From an uncultured Clostridia bacterium (GTDB taxonomy: Bacteria; Bacillota; Clostridia; Christensenellales; UBA1242): a DNA stretch of 64,000 nucleotides. The position numbers were made by a program, and so were the translations under genes. The notes under the pieces are model-generated. The model was not told the DNA's origin. It made no database searches and saw only the letters and a list, made by a program, of their open reading frames with translations. Location: contig CAKVLR010000002.1 of the NCBI GenBank assembly GCA_934757855.1, forward strand, positions 361,397-425,396, given 5' to 3'. Shown here one piece after another: positions 47,733 through 56,582 of this stretch (the first letter of the stretch is position 1; each line of letters opens with the position of its first letter).

Positions 47733-48548
47733 TTATGCAGTTGGCATAGTAAAATCAGTGTAACCATTTGTGTCAAAGTTGATTTCATCAGTAAAGGTAC
47801 ACATAGAGCAGTTTACTGTTATAACGCCCATACTGTTATCAGTGTAAGTGTAGTTGTTGATTTGGAAACCAACCCACTTGTTGTTTTCAAACACATAGTA
47901 AAGGTCAGCAGTTTTGTCATCACCTGATGAAAGTGTAACTTTAAACTTTGTAGAGTTGTCAGTAACTGATTTCATAATAGCCTTGTCGCCAGACAATGAT
48001 GATTCAAGGTTTTTGATGTTGTCGAGGCTAAATTCTTCAGTAACAGCAGTTAAGCCAGCAACTACACCATATAAGTCAGGTCTACTTTCAAAGTCTTTTA
48101 TGCTAAACTTGTACTTACCGTTCATCTCACTACCCATATTAATGTCAGCGTAAACGGTACCAGTTATTTCAGATGTTTCTGATTTTTCACCAATCATATA
48201 AAATGTCATTGACAAAGACTCTTTACCTGATTTCCCAGTCAATTTTGTGTACATTTCGCAAGTGGTTTCATTCATTTTCATAATAGAATTAAGGCTAAAA
48301 GTGACTTTTTGTCCCTCAACATCCATCGCTAAATCCAAAGATAATTTAAAACCATTTTGAATAGATTCAGCATCGGTAGTTGCATCGTTTACATAAGCTT
48401 GCAAGTCCTCAACGCTTGATTCTTGGTTGTAATTACCAGAAACATTTACGCTAGCCTTAGAGTCCAAAGGACCACCGCAGGCAGCAAAGATTAGTGTAGC
48501 AGGTAACAACACAAGAGCCATTAAGAATGTTTTAATTTTTGTGTTCAT
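47733..48548 (-). CDS. lipoprotein
   Basis: Signal peptide plus lipobox LIFAAC. Confidence 0.7.
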   Translation of the reverse strand: MNTKIKTFLMALVLLPATLIFAACGGPLDSKASVNVSGNYNQESSVEDLQAYVNDATTDAESIQNGFKLSLDLAMDVEGQKVTFSLNSIMKMNETTCEMYTKLTGKSGKESLSMTFYMIGEKSETSEITGTVYADINMGSEMNGKYKFSIKDFESRPDLYGVVAGLTAVTEEFSLDNIKNLESSLSGDKAIMKSVTDNSTKFKVTLSSGDDKTADLYYVFENNKWVGFQINNYTYTDNSMGVITVNCSMCTFTDEINFDTNGYTDFTMPTA

Positions 48549-48956
48549 ACTTTTCTTTACTCCTTTAAATTAATATAATTTAAGTATATGAAATTTTTGA
48601 TAATTTGGCAAGCAATTTGGACATATTTTTACAAATTGTATAACATTTTTACAAAATTTGCAAAATTAATTAACCATCTATTTTTTTAAAAAACGAAACT
48701 TTGATTTTAAAAAGAACAAAAAGTACAATTACCAAGCGAAAATAAAAATAATTTAAAGGTAGAAAAAATTAAAATTATAATTGCAAATGCTTTGCGTATT
48801 TTATCACATAGTTGCAAGTTGTTAAATTTAAAAAGCAATGCAATATTTTGAAAATAAAAAATAATTTAATAAAAACACAAAAAATAGGCTAAAATTGCAC
48901 AAAAAAGCCTATTTTTTCATAATAAATATTAAATTTTATAGAAATTAGGTGGTAAA

Positions 48957-49403
48957 ATGATAAGTAGAGAAACAATGCAAATTCTCGCAAAAATAAAAAG
49001 TTTTCCTGACCTGTCCGCAAAAATTATGGGGCAAAATATCAAGGGCAACGCGTACTTTTGGGGTACAAATTATGGGGTAGTGTGCTTGTTTGATGTGTTC
49101 GGCTTGCCCGCGGGGAAATTTTTGGGGCTACATATTCACGAGGGGACTACTTGCGATAATGGCGATTTTATGAGCGCTGGCGGACACTTAAATTTAGACA
49201 ATACTCAACACCCAAACCATACGGGTGATTTGCCACCATTATACACAAATAACGGACACGCGCTAATGGCAGTGTTGATTGATAAATTCACTCTAAATGA
49301 TATAAAAAACCGTACAATAATTATTCATTCACAGCCCGATGATTTTACCTCACAGCCTAGCGGAAATTCAGGCTCGCGCCTCGCGTGCGGTGTAATTAAA
49401 TAA
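48957..49403 (+). CDS. Cu/Zn superoxide dismutase-like protein without an obvious signal peptide
   Basis: GLHIHEGTTC...GGHLN...HTGDLPPL...IIIHSQPDD...GNSGSRLACGVI. Confidence 0.8.
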   Translation: MISRETMQILAKIKSFPDLSAKIMGQNIKGNAYFWGTNYGVVCLFDVFGLPAGKFLGLHIHEGTTCDNGDFMSAGGHLNLDNTQHPNHTGDLPPLYTNNGHALMAVLIDKFTLNDIKNRTIIIHSQPDDFTSQPSGNSGSRLACGVIK

Positions 49404-49452
49404 CAAAAAACGCATTTATGGTGAAATAAATACGTTTTTTGTGTAAATAAAG

Positions 49453-50400
49453 TTACATTTGATAAATATTGTCTTTTGTCTTGTTTAGCCCTGAAACCTG
49501 AAATTGTGGCAAAAACTCTTGTTCTTTAAGATACTTTTCATCTGGGTCTATGTCCCAAAAATATCTGCTATCCCTAGATTGAAAGTTTAATGTTCCATTA
49601 CCATAGTACCAGTCATAAAATTGTTTTGCGCTGTCAAAGTGTTCAATCGCGCAACTGCACGCACGAAAAGTGTGTCTGCCTTTGCTATCGCTCTTTGTTT
49701 CGACTACATATTGCGCCATTCGCTTAGGGAAAATAAGTTGATTGTTGATATCGTTTTCATTTCTAACAAGCACGCCAGCGCCTTGGTCTGTAAATACAAC
49801 TTCGGTGTCAAAACCTAAAAATTTTAGCATATTGTGCGTGATGAGAGAAACCTCAAATTCAGATGCACATTTTTGAGCAAACATTTCACTTGTAAAAGAC
49901 TCACGCCCAGTTGTGAGGTCGTTGTATTTGGCATAATTATATGCGTGTTCATCAAGATATTTGCCGAGGTCTTTAAAGTTTAAAATACCAGTTTCTTTAA
50001 AAAGTTCTTGCTCATTTATGCGTTTATCTAATACCCTTAGTGGCTGTACATAATCCATCAAAACCCAATTTGTAAGTAAATTTAGTACATAGTTAGACAT
50101 TTTTTGTCTATCTGCTGGGTTATCGCAGTTGTAATTTTGAAACGCATCTTTCAAAATTGTTACGACTTCAGTCGCTAAATACTGAGGCATATTGTCTATA
50201 AATACACCCTTTTGGTGTGGATTTTGAAAACATCTTGCTGTTGGAGCAATGTATTGTGAGTAAGATTTTTTGATAGGCAAAACTTGTGTTTTTTCCGCAT
50301 CGCGTTCTAACTCTTTGACACGGTCTTGTACTAAACGAGGAATACTTGCAGAGTCGGTTTTTTGCAAAATTTTTAAAAAGTTAAAAAATTCATCATACAT
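49453..50400 (-). CDS. hypothetical protein (315 aa)
   Basis: Long ORF; no recognised motif. Confidence 0.5.
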   Translation of the reverse strand: MYDEFFNFLKILQKTDSASIPRLVQDRVKELERDAEKTQVLPIKKSYSQYIAPTARCFQNPHQKGVFIDNMPQYLATEVVTILKDAFQNYNCDNPADRQKMSNYVLNLLTNWVLMDYVQPLRVLDKRINEQELFKETGILNFKDLGKYLDEHAYNYAKYNDLTTGRESFTSEMFAQKCASEFEVSLITHNMLKFLGFDTEVVFTDQGAGVLVRNENDINNQLIFPKRMAQYVVETKSDSKGRHTFRACSCAIEHFDSAKQFYDWYYGNGTLNFQSRDSRYFWDIDPDEKYLKEQEFLPQFQVSGLNKTKDNIYQM

Positions 50401-50546
50401 AGTAAAATTCTCCCAAAACTTTTTCTTATATGATTATAGCATATCAATGGGAAAAATGCAATATTAATTTGTTGAATTTAAGCAAGAAAAATAAAAAATT
50501 TACTGAAAATCAGTTGACATTTTTCAAAAAATTTGGCTATGCTAAA

Positions 50547-50575
50547 TTGACTTTAATTAAGTTTTTTGTTATAAT
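50547..50575 (+). promoter_or_regulatory. tRNA-Leu(CAG) promoter TTGACT-17-(TGt)TATAAT
   Basis: -35 at 50547-50552; extended -10 at 50567-50575. Confidence 0.75.
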
Positions 50576-50584
50576 AAAAAATAT

Positions 50585-50667
50585 GCGATTGTGGCGGAAT
50601 TGGCAGACGCGCTAGGTTCAGGTCTTAGTGGGAAACCGTGAAGGTTCAAATCCTTTCAATCGCACCA
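50585..50667 (+). tRNA. tRNA-Leu (anticodon CAG)
   Basis: Acceptor GCGATTG/CAATCGC, anticodon loop UUCAGGU, long variable arm, encoded CCA. Confidence 0.9.
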
Positions 50668-50690
50668 AAAGACCCCTTGCGGGTCTTTTT
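50668..50690 (+). terminator. rho-independent terminator
   Basis: GACCC-CTTGC-GGGTC followed by TTTTT. Confidence 0.8.
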
Positions 50691-50778
50691 GATTGAAAGG
50701 ATTTGAGAGAGCGTGCGCTCTCGCACTGCTCTAAAAGCAGTGAACCTTCACTTTCGTGAACGGACGCTCGCTGTTCTT
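50691..50778. other. tRNA-Leu-associated structured element, copy E2
   Basis: 16/16 nt (50691-50706) and 9/9 nt (50743-50751) are the reverse complement of the adjacent tRNA T-arm and 3' acceptor region. A 36-nt two-hairpin insert splits them. Homologous to 20353-20443. Confidence 0.7.
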
Positions 50779-50784
50779 AAAAAA

Positions 50785-50970
50785 CGATATTGACCTAGCG
50801 GTCAATGATATTACTCACTATCGTTCGTAGTGATATTATTTACTAGCGTAAATAATGATATGATATTTGCCTTCACTGCAAACAAAGTTTGCAATATCAC
50901 TCGCTAAGCGAATATCATTGCGGAGCAATATCACTCACGCAGTGAATATCACTGAGCCGTAGGCTCAATT
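50785..50970. repeat. array of eight different short hairpins separated by GATAT (x5), then ATATC (x4), linker words
   Basis: GATAT at 50786, 50807, 50832, 50857 and 50862. ATATC at 50894, 50912, 50928 and 50946. Hairpins at 50791-50804, 50815-50833, 50838-50853, 50877-50893, 50901-50911, 50917-50929, 50931-50945 and 50953-50967. Confidence 0.8.
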
Positions 50971-50974
50971 TCAT

Positions 50975-51019
50975 TGTAAACAAAAGGAAAAGCCTCATAG
51001 GCTTTCCTTTTTTGTTTAC
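50975..51019. terminator. long hairpin with flanking A/T tracts (bidirectional terminator type)
   Basis: GTAAACAAAAGGAAAAGCC-TCAT-AGGCTTTCCTTTTTTGTTTAC. Confidence 0.7.
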
Positions 51020-51090
51020 TGAGGGACTCACGCCGTTACGCTAACCAGCCTGTTATTCTATTAGCATCGTACGGACAGCGCTTCACTATC

Positions 51091-51160
51091 GTGCCGAGGT
51101 GCTAAAAACTTGCCACTGGCAATTTTTTCAAACGCACCTGTTCGAGTCCGACGACTATCG
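51091..51160 (+). other. inverted tRNA-Leu(CAA)-derived fragment (tRNA-like, not a functional tRNA)
   Basis: GTGCCGAG (the tRNA 5' end) and TGTTCGAGTCCG (a T-arm-like sequence) flank an unrelated hairpin AGGTGC..TTGCCAGTGGCAA..GCACCT. There is no matching acceptor 3' strand. Confidence 0.35.
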
Positions 51161-51161
51161 T

Positions 51162-51196
51162 AAAACAAAAACAAGACCGTTCTATTAGTCTTGTTT
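51162..51196 (-). terminator. terminator of tRNA-Leu(CAA)
   Basis: On the minus strand: ACAAGAC-loop-GTCTTGT followed by TTTTGTTTT. Confidence 0.7.
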
Positions 51197-51201
51197 AGTA
51201 C

Positions 51202-51288
51202 TGGTGCCGAGAGAGGGACTCGAACCCTCATGGGATTGCTCCCGGCAGATTTTGAGTCTACTGCGTCTGCCAATTTCGCCATCTCGGC
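51202..51288 (-). tRNA. tRNA-Leu (anticodon CAA)
   Basis: Acceptor GCCGAGA/TCTCGGC, anticodon loop CUCAAAA, long variable arm, T-arm GAGGGTTCGAGTCCCTC, encoded CCA. Confidence 0.9.
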
Positions 51289-51304
51289 ACGAAATTATAG
51301 TTAC

Positions 51305-51333
51305 ATTATATCATATCAAAAATATTTAGGCAA
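51305..51333 (-). promoter_or_regulatory. tRNA-Leu(CAA) promoter TTGCCT-17-TATAAT
   Basis: Minus strand: -35 at 51333-51328 and -10 at 51310-51305. Confidence 0.65.
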
Positions 51334-51498
51334 GAGTTTTTGCAAAAATAATTTGAAATTCTTATTTAAAATAATAAATAGGCACTTGACTACACCTCCA
51401 AAAGTATTTTCCTTTTTTTATAGACTGCAATTTATTGCTACTTTATTTTTTTATGTTTAAAAATTTACCAAACGGGTAGCCTTTTGTTGGGGTAAATT

Positions 51499-52188
51499 AT
51501 GGCGGAATTGGTGAAGTTATTGATTTTTGCATCGGTTTCGGTTGCTTTTTTGTTTATAATTTCCAAAATTTTGGGCAAAAAACAGATAGCGCAACTTGAA
51601 TTTATTGATTATGTTATGGGGATTTCGATAGGAAGCATTGCTGCTGAAATGGCGACAGATGTTAGTGAAACGCCGTTTTATTACTATTTAATTTCGATGA
51701 CAATTTTCTTTTTGTTTGACCTGCTGATTACATTTTTGGGGCGCAAAGGGACATTTTTCAAGCACTTTTTCAAGGGCAAGCCGATAACGGTTATATATGA
51801 AGGAAAAATTGACTACAAGCAACTAAAAAAGAGCAAACTAGACATAAATGACCTTTTGGGAATGTGCCGAAACAAGGGTTATTTCGATGTAAACGACATT
51901 GCTTATGCGGTGTTAGAAAATAGCGGAGATTTGAGTGTTTTACCAAGAGGAAATGAAAAGCCAGTGGTGATTTGCGACATTACGCAAGATTTTGAGCAAG
52001 CGGAATTGCCGACTTACCTAGTGATTGATGGCAAAATTTCATTTTCTAGCCTCTCTAACTTGCAAAAAGATGTAAAGTGGCTATTCGATTCCCTAAAAAT
52101 AACAGACAAAAAGGAACTTAAAAATTTTATTTTAGTATCTTATGATGAAAAAACGCAACAATTTTCCGTACACAAAAAAGATGAATAA
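51499..52188 (+). CDS. DUF421 (YetF-like) membrane protein
   Basis: N-terminal TM region with ILGKKQIAQLEFIDYVMGISIGSIAAEM; C-terminal soluble domain. Confidence 0.75.
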   Translation: MAELVKLLIFASVSVAFLFIISKILGKKQIAQLEFIDYVMGISIGSIAAEMATDVSETPFYYYLISMTIFFLFDLLITFLGRKGTFFKHFFKGKPITVIYEGKIDYKQLKKSKLDINDLLGMCRNKGYFDVNDIAYAVLENSGDLSVLPRGNEKPVVICDITQDFEQAELPTYLVIDGKISFSSLSNLQKDVKWLFDSLKITDKKELKNFILVSYDEKTQQFSVHKKDE

Positions 52189-52340
52189 AAGCAAATTTGA
52201 TTATATAAAATAGTAATTATTTTGTGTGTTATATTAAACATTTTTACTAATTTGCAAAAAAGAAAAATTTACTTTTATCCATTTAATATTAAATTAGCAA
52301 AATTTTTGTGTTTTTTGGTCACAAAATGTCAATTTTTGTT

Positions 52341-52376
52341 GAAAAATAGCGAAAAATAGCGAAAAATAGCGAAAAA
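52341..52376 (+). repeat. 10-bp tandem repeat GAAAAATAGC x3 plus a partial fourth copy, in the adhesin promoter region
   Basis: Three perfect copies at 52341-52370, then GAAAAA. Confidence 0.9.
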
Positions 52377-52475
52377 ATTTCTAAAATTTGGTAAAATCGG
52401 CAAAAATTGCTTGCTTTTTCTTATATATAGGCGTACACTAAAACAAAAATAGGAAATGATTTTAGGTGCATAGAT

Positions 52476-55400
52476 ATGTTTAAAATTGTTTCAAAATTGA
52501 GTAAGGTTGTTGCAGTGATTGGTGCTGTTTTTCTTACTCTTTTATTTTTAAATTTTACTTTAAATTTCCATACAAAAAGTTTTGCGAGTAGTGAATTCGA
52601 AATTAACACTGCACAAGATTTGTATGATTTGGCAAATTCTGTAAACAACGGCAACAATTTTTACTTAACGGAAGTAAATTTAATGCAAGATATAGACCTA
52701 AATTTTGCGGAATGGCAGGCAATCGGTATTACAAAAGCAAAATGTTTTGCGGGTTCGTTTAATGGTAACGGGCATAAAATTTCAGGGTTATTGATTAATA
52801 ACAGTGGAAATGCAGGTTTGTTCGGAGCGCTGTGTGGAAAAGTGGAAAACTTAGTACTCGAAACAAAAATTGTATTGCGTGATTTTGGCGAAACTGCTAA
52901 AATCGGTGGTATTGCGGGGAATTTGATAAGCAAACTTATAAATGGCACAAATATCTATGGCAGTATTGTAAATTGTGCTGTATATTCAGAGGTTGCGGTT
53001 GAAGCAAAAAATTCTAAAACCACACAAGTTGGTGGGTTGGTTGGCACATATTCGAGCAACACTCGTCTAGCAGATTGCGCGGTTTATGTGCAAAATGAGT
53101 ACGATTTTATGCAAAGCAGTATGAGTTTTGGCTTACTGGCTGGAAAAAGTGGAATTTCTGCTACCGATTGCGTGTCGTACGGAAATGAAAATTTTATCAC
53201 CATTGAAAATGAAAATATAAATTCCAGCAAACTGGATTTTAATGAAAATTGGGCATTTTGCGAGAGTTGCGAGCAAATGTATCTAAAAATTGATACCTTG
53301 CACTTGCATCAAAACGATACAAAAATTATTACCCCAGAGTTGTCAAAAACTACTTACGAATATACTCAAAAGCCTTTGGAATTATCGCTAAAGCCTATCA
53401 CAAAACTCAACGAAAATGATGATATTTCGTACAAAATTGAGATAATTTCACAAAATTTAGGCGAAAATATAGCAAAAATTAGTCTTTTGGGTGCTGACAA
53501 AGATAAATACATACTATCTACCGACACAGTTAAATTTACTGTGATTGCCAAAAAAGTATATATAGTTATAAAAGCAAATTCCAGTGTGTACGGCGAACCG
53601 CTAAACGATATTGAATACACGCAAAGCGTTGATGAAAATTTGCAAATTGAATTTGGTTTGTTTCAACAAAATGAGCAAGTTGATGCATTTGATGCGGGCG
53701 AATATGATATAAAAGTTACCACTTATGATGAAAATTATAAACTCGTAATTACTGGGGCAAAATACACAATTTTACCGCGTGAAATTGCGCCCAAAACAAG
53801 TGATTTTACTTGCAATTACTCTCAACCATTTGATTTTGCTAGTATAGAACTAGAAAGTGTGCTAAATTGTGATAAAAGTGCAGTATATTGCATAAATAAT
53901 GGCACTATACCGCAAAATAAAGGCACATACCCGCTAAAAATTGCAATTAGTGGAGATAGAAGTAATAACTATTTATTGATAAACAACGAGATAAATTTAA
54001 CGATTTTACCTAAAAATATTGAGGTAATCTGGCAAGAAAGTACTTTTACCTTTAACAATGAATTTCAATACCCGTTGGCGAAAATAAACGAAAACGAAAT
54101 AACGGAAAATATAGAGTTTACCTACTCGCAATATGGCAAATTTGCTGGTGAAAATAGAGTGGTTGCAAAGAGCGAAAATGAAAATTACAATATCACAAAT
54201 TACGAAAAAACCTACACCATTTTGCCTTTACCTGTCGAGGTAATTTGGGTAAATAACACTCATATTTTTGATAATCAGCCGTTTTATCCACAATTTGAAA
54301 TAAAATTAGATTTTAAATATCAAATCAATATTATTACAAGTTCAAGCCAAAGTGAGGTGGGTGAATATACGGCGACACTCAATGTGCTGGACGCAAATAT
54401 TTTGTTAAATAATAATACTACTCAATTTACAATCACGCCATATGCGATTAATATAGTTTGGACAAAAACCGAATTTACTTTTGACAATTTACCGCACGCG
54501 CCAGAGTTTATTTTAGAACCTTTGCCTTTTGAATATGACTTAAAATTAACCAACTCCTCACCGCAAATTGATGCGGGCGAACATACTGGCATAGTTGTCT
54601 TAAATGACAAAAATTTCACAATTTTTAATGCAAAAACGCAATTTTTTATCAAAAAATACGATTTTTCGTTGATTTGGAGCGAAAATTTATTCATTTTTGA
54701 TAGTACTATGCAATGTCCAACCGTGCAAAATGATTTGCCATTTGAGTATAATTTATCTATTAATTACACACCCGCGCAAAGTGAAGTAGGTAAGCACGCG
54801 ATAGAGGCTAGCACCAAAGATACTAACATTAATTTACTAAATAAAATAGCCGAATACGAAATTTTACCATATGTTTGCGAGTTGTGTTGGAGTGATACTA
54901 CCAGCACATTCAATAACACTTGTTTCAATCCAACTTGCAGTTTTGAGTTGCCATTTGTATATGATTTAAAGATAAACTTATCCGCACCTCAAACCAACGC
55001 AGGGCAATACACTTGCACCGCAAACACAATGGACAAAAATATCAAACTCGCAAACGCCAGCACTTTGTTTACTATTAAACCCAAAACTGTTAGGCTTGCG
55101 TGGACAAATACTTATGTTTGTTATACGGGGTATGTTCAAACCCCGACTTGCGCCTACGATATTTTAGATTATGATTTTCCTATTGAGATTACGGGCGCGC
55201 AAGAAAATGTCGGCGTATATACGGTGACCGCTACCACTACCGACACAAATATAAAAATTGATAATTGTATGACTAAATTTGAAATATACAATCTAGTTTG
55301 CGAGGTGCTTTGGAGCGAAAAAGAGTTTGTTTATAATGGCAGTAAATTTTGTCCAACGCCAACTCTAAATTTGGCTGACAATATAAATAAAGCAAAAATT

Positions 55401-56135
55401 GCGCTCAAAACAAGAGGGGCATCTAGCAGTATAGGTAGCCACACGGCGGTAGCATATACGGACAATAAAAATGTCAAATTATACAACATTGCGTGCAGTT
55501 ATAAAATACTAGAAAATTCTGCTTATTTTGTTTCGCAAGAAGATGAATTAAATGTGCGTGTTAGTGGCGAATTTGTGGGCGATGTAAATATTGATTTAAC
55601 TACGATTGATGAGAAAAATATTGTACCGCGCAACTGGGAAATTTTGTGCGCAATAAAACTTGAAAATCGTTTAGAAAACAGCGAAAATTTGCAAAAATTA
55701 CTAAAAAATACACAAAAAACACTCATTTTTGATGATTTTTCAGCAAATTTGGAAGATTTGAGTGAGGAAAACGAAAATGAAACGGAATACAATTTCAACA
55801 TAAATTACTCCATAATTGTAGGTGTAAATAATCTAAAAGTGTACTTAATTACAGATAATGATTTCAACGAAATTGACTACAATATTAGCAACAAAAATTT
55901 ATCTTTTACCACAAACGATTTAGGAGTTATTTGCATAGTAAATGAAAAGCCTGATACATTTGTATCGGACTTGATTAGGTCCATTATGGGCGCTATTATT
56001 GTAGTGTGCGCGGGTACTTTTATCACAATCAAACACTTGCAAGAAAAACAACAAATTGTGTTTAAAAAAGTAGAACCGCAAACCGCCAAAAATGAAAACG
56101 AAAAAACCAAAGCCAAAAAGCAATCGAAAAAATAA
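52476..56135 (+). CDS. giant surface protein (1219 aa): signal anchor, GLUG-type region, ~10 tandem Ig-like (MBG-type) repeats, C-terminal TM plus basic tail
   Basis: N-terminal region GLFGAL..GGIAGN..GGLVG. Repeats of ~85-90 aa end in YTILP, FTITPY, FFIKKY, YEILPY and FTIKPK. C-terminus IMGAIIVVCAGTFITIKH followed by a K-rich tail. Confidence 0.8.
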   Translation: MFKIVSKLSKVVAVIGAVFLTLLFLNFTLNFHTKSFASSEFEINTAQDLYDLANSVNNGNNFYLTEVNLMQDIDLNFAEWQAIGITKAKCFAGSFNGNGHKISGLLINNSGNAGLFGALCGKVENLVLETKIVLRDFGETAKIGGIAGNLISKLINGTNIYGSIVNCAVYSEVAVEAKNSKTTQVGGLVGTYSSNTRLADCAVYVQNEYDFMQSSMSFGLLAGKSGISATDCVSYGNENFITIENENINSSKLDFNENWAFCESCEQMYLKIDTLHLHQNDTKIITPELSKTTYEYTQKPLELSLKPITKLNENDDISYKIEIISQNLGENIAKISLLGADKDKYILSTDTVKFTVIAKKVYIVIKANSSVYGEPLNDIEYTQSVDENLQIEFGLFQQNEQVDAFDAGEYDIKVTTYDENYKLVITGAKYTILPREIAPKTSDFTCNYSQPFDFASIELESVLNCDKSAVYCINNGTIPQNKGTYPLKIAISGDRSNNYLLINNEINLTILPKNIEVIWQESTFTFNNEFQYPLAKINENEITENIEFTYSQYGKFAGENRVVAKSENENYNITNYEKTYTILPLPVEVIWVNNTHIFDNQPFYPQFEIKLDFKYQINIITSSSQSEVGEYTATLNVLDANILLNNNTTQFTITPYAINIVWTKTEFTFDNLPHAPEFILEPLPFEYDLKLTNSSPQIDAGEHTGIVVLNDKNFTIFNAKTQFFIKKYDFSLIWSENLFIFDSTMQCPTVQNDLPFEYNLSINYTPAQSEVGKHAIEASTKDTNINLLNKIAEYEILPYVCELCWSDTTSTFNNTCFNPTCSFELPFVYDLKINLSAPQTNAGQYTCTANTMDKNIKLANASTLFTIKPKTVRLAWTNTYVCYTGYVQTPTCAYDILDYDFPIEITGAQENVGVYTVTATTTDTNIKIDNCMTKFEIYNLVCEVLWSEKEFVYNGSKFCPTPTLNLADNINKAKIALKTRGASSSIGSHTAVAYTDNKNVKLYNIACSYKILENSAYFVSQEDELNVRVSGEFVGDVNIDLTTIDEKNIVPRNWEILCAIKLENRLENSENLQKLLKNTQKTLIFDDFSANLEDLSEENENETEYNFNINYSIIVGVNNLKVYLITDNDFNEIDYNISNKNLSFTTNDLGVICIVNEKPDTFVSDLIRSIMGAIIVVCAGTFITIKHLQEKQQIVFKKVEPQTAKNENEKTKAKKQSKK

Positions 56136-56582
56136 AATAACAAAGAGGAGTGATACCTGTATCGTAAAATTTTTTATTAATTAATATTTTTTGGATTGCC
56201 ACGCTAACGCTCGCAATGACTTGGAGTGTGCAAGCATGCTTAAAGGGGCAATTTTTTCAATCTGCAACTTTTTGCAGAGGTGGAAGACATCAAAAAGATA
56301 AAAACGCTTCACCATAATGCAATCTTTTTTTGTTGCAATCACTTGCATATTTTTTTCATTCCAGAGATAGCAAGGTAAATATAGCCACTTCCATTGCATA
56401 GAATTATATTGTCGCCTTTTCTTAAATTTTTTTTGCTAAAATTTTACTAAAAATATTTTTAAAAATAATTTTAGTAAAATTGTATTGATTTTATATAAAA
56501 GTTATGATATATATTAAAAGTCAATTAAAATCTATGATTAATTGGCTCCCTTCCCCCAAAATAAATTTTTGGAGGTGTTAAC

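Noticed and set aside
52341-52376. A CRISPR array within the window (tandem 10-mers at 52341, the hairpin array at 50785-50970, and the 42-bp repeats at 16486)
   Set aside because: The repeat and spacer sizes (10 bp; 5-bp linkers with 11-19-nt units; 16 bp with 26-nt spacers x3) do not fit the ~36/30-nt type II-A architecture, and none resembles the predicted anti-repeat. The real array is expected downstream of csn2, beyond position 64000.
56181-56399. A 72-aa minus-strand ORF between the adhesin and the NTase gene
   Set aside because: It has no SD, an odd W/C/Y-rich composition, and overlaps a palindromic motif. It is probably non-coding.
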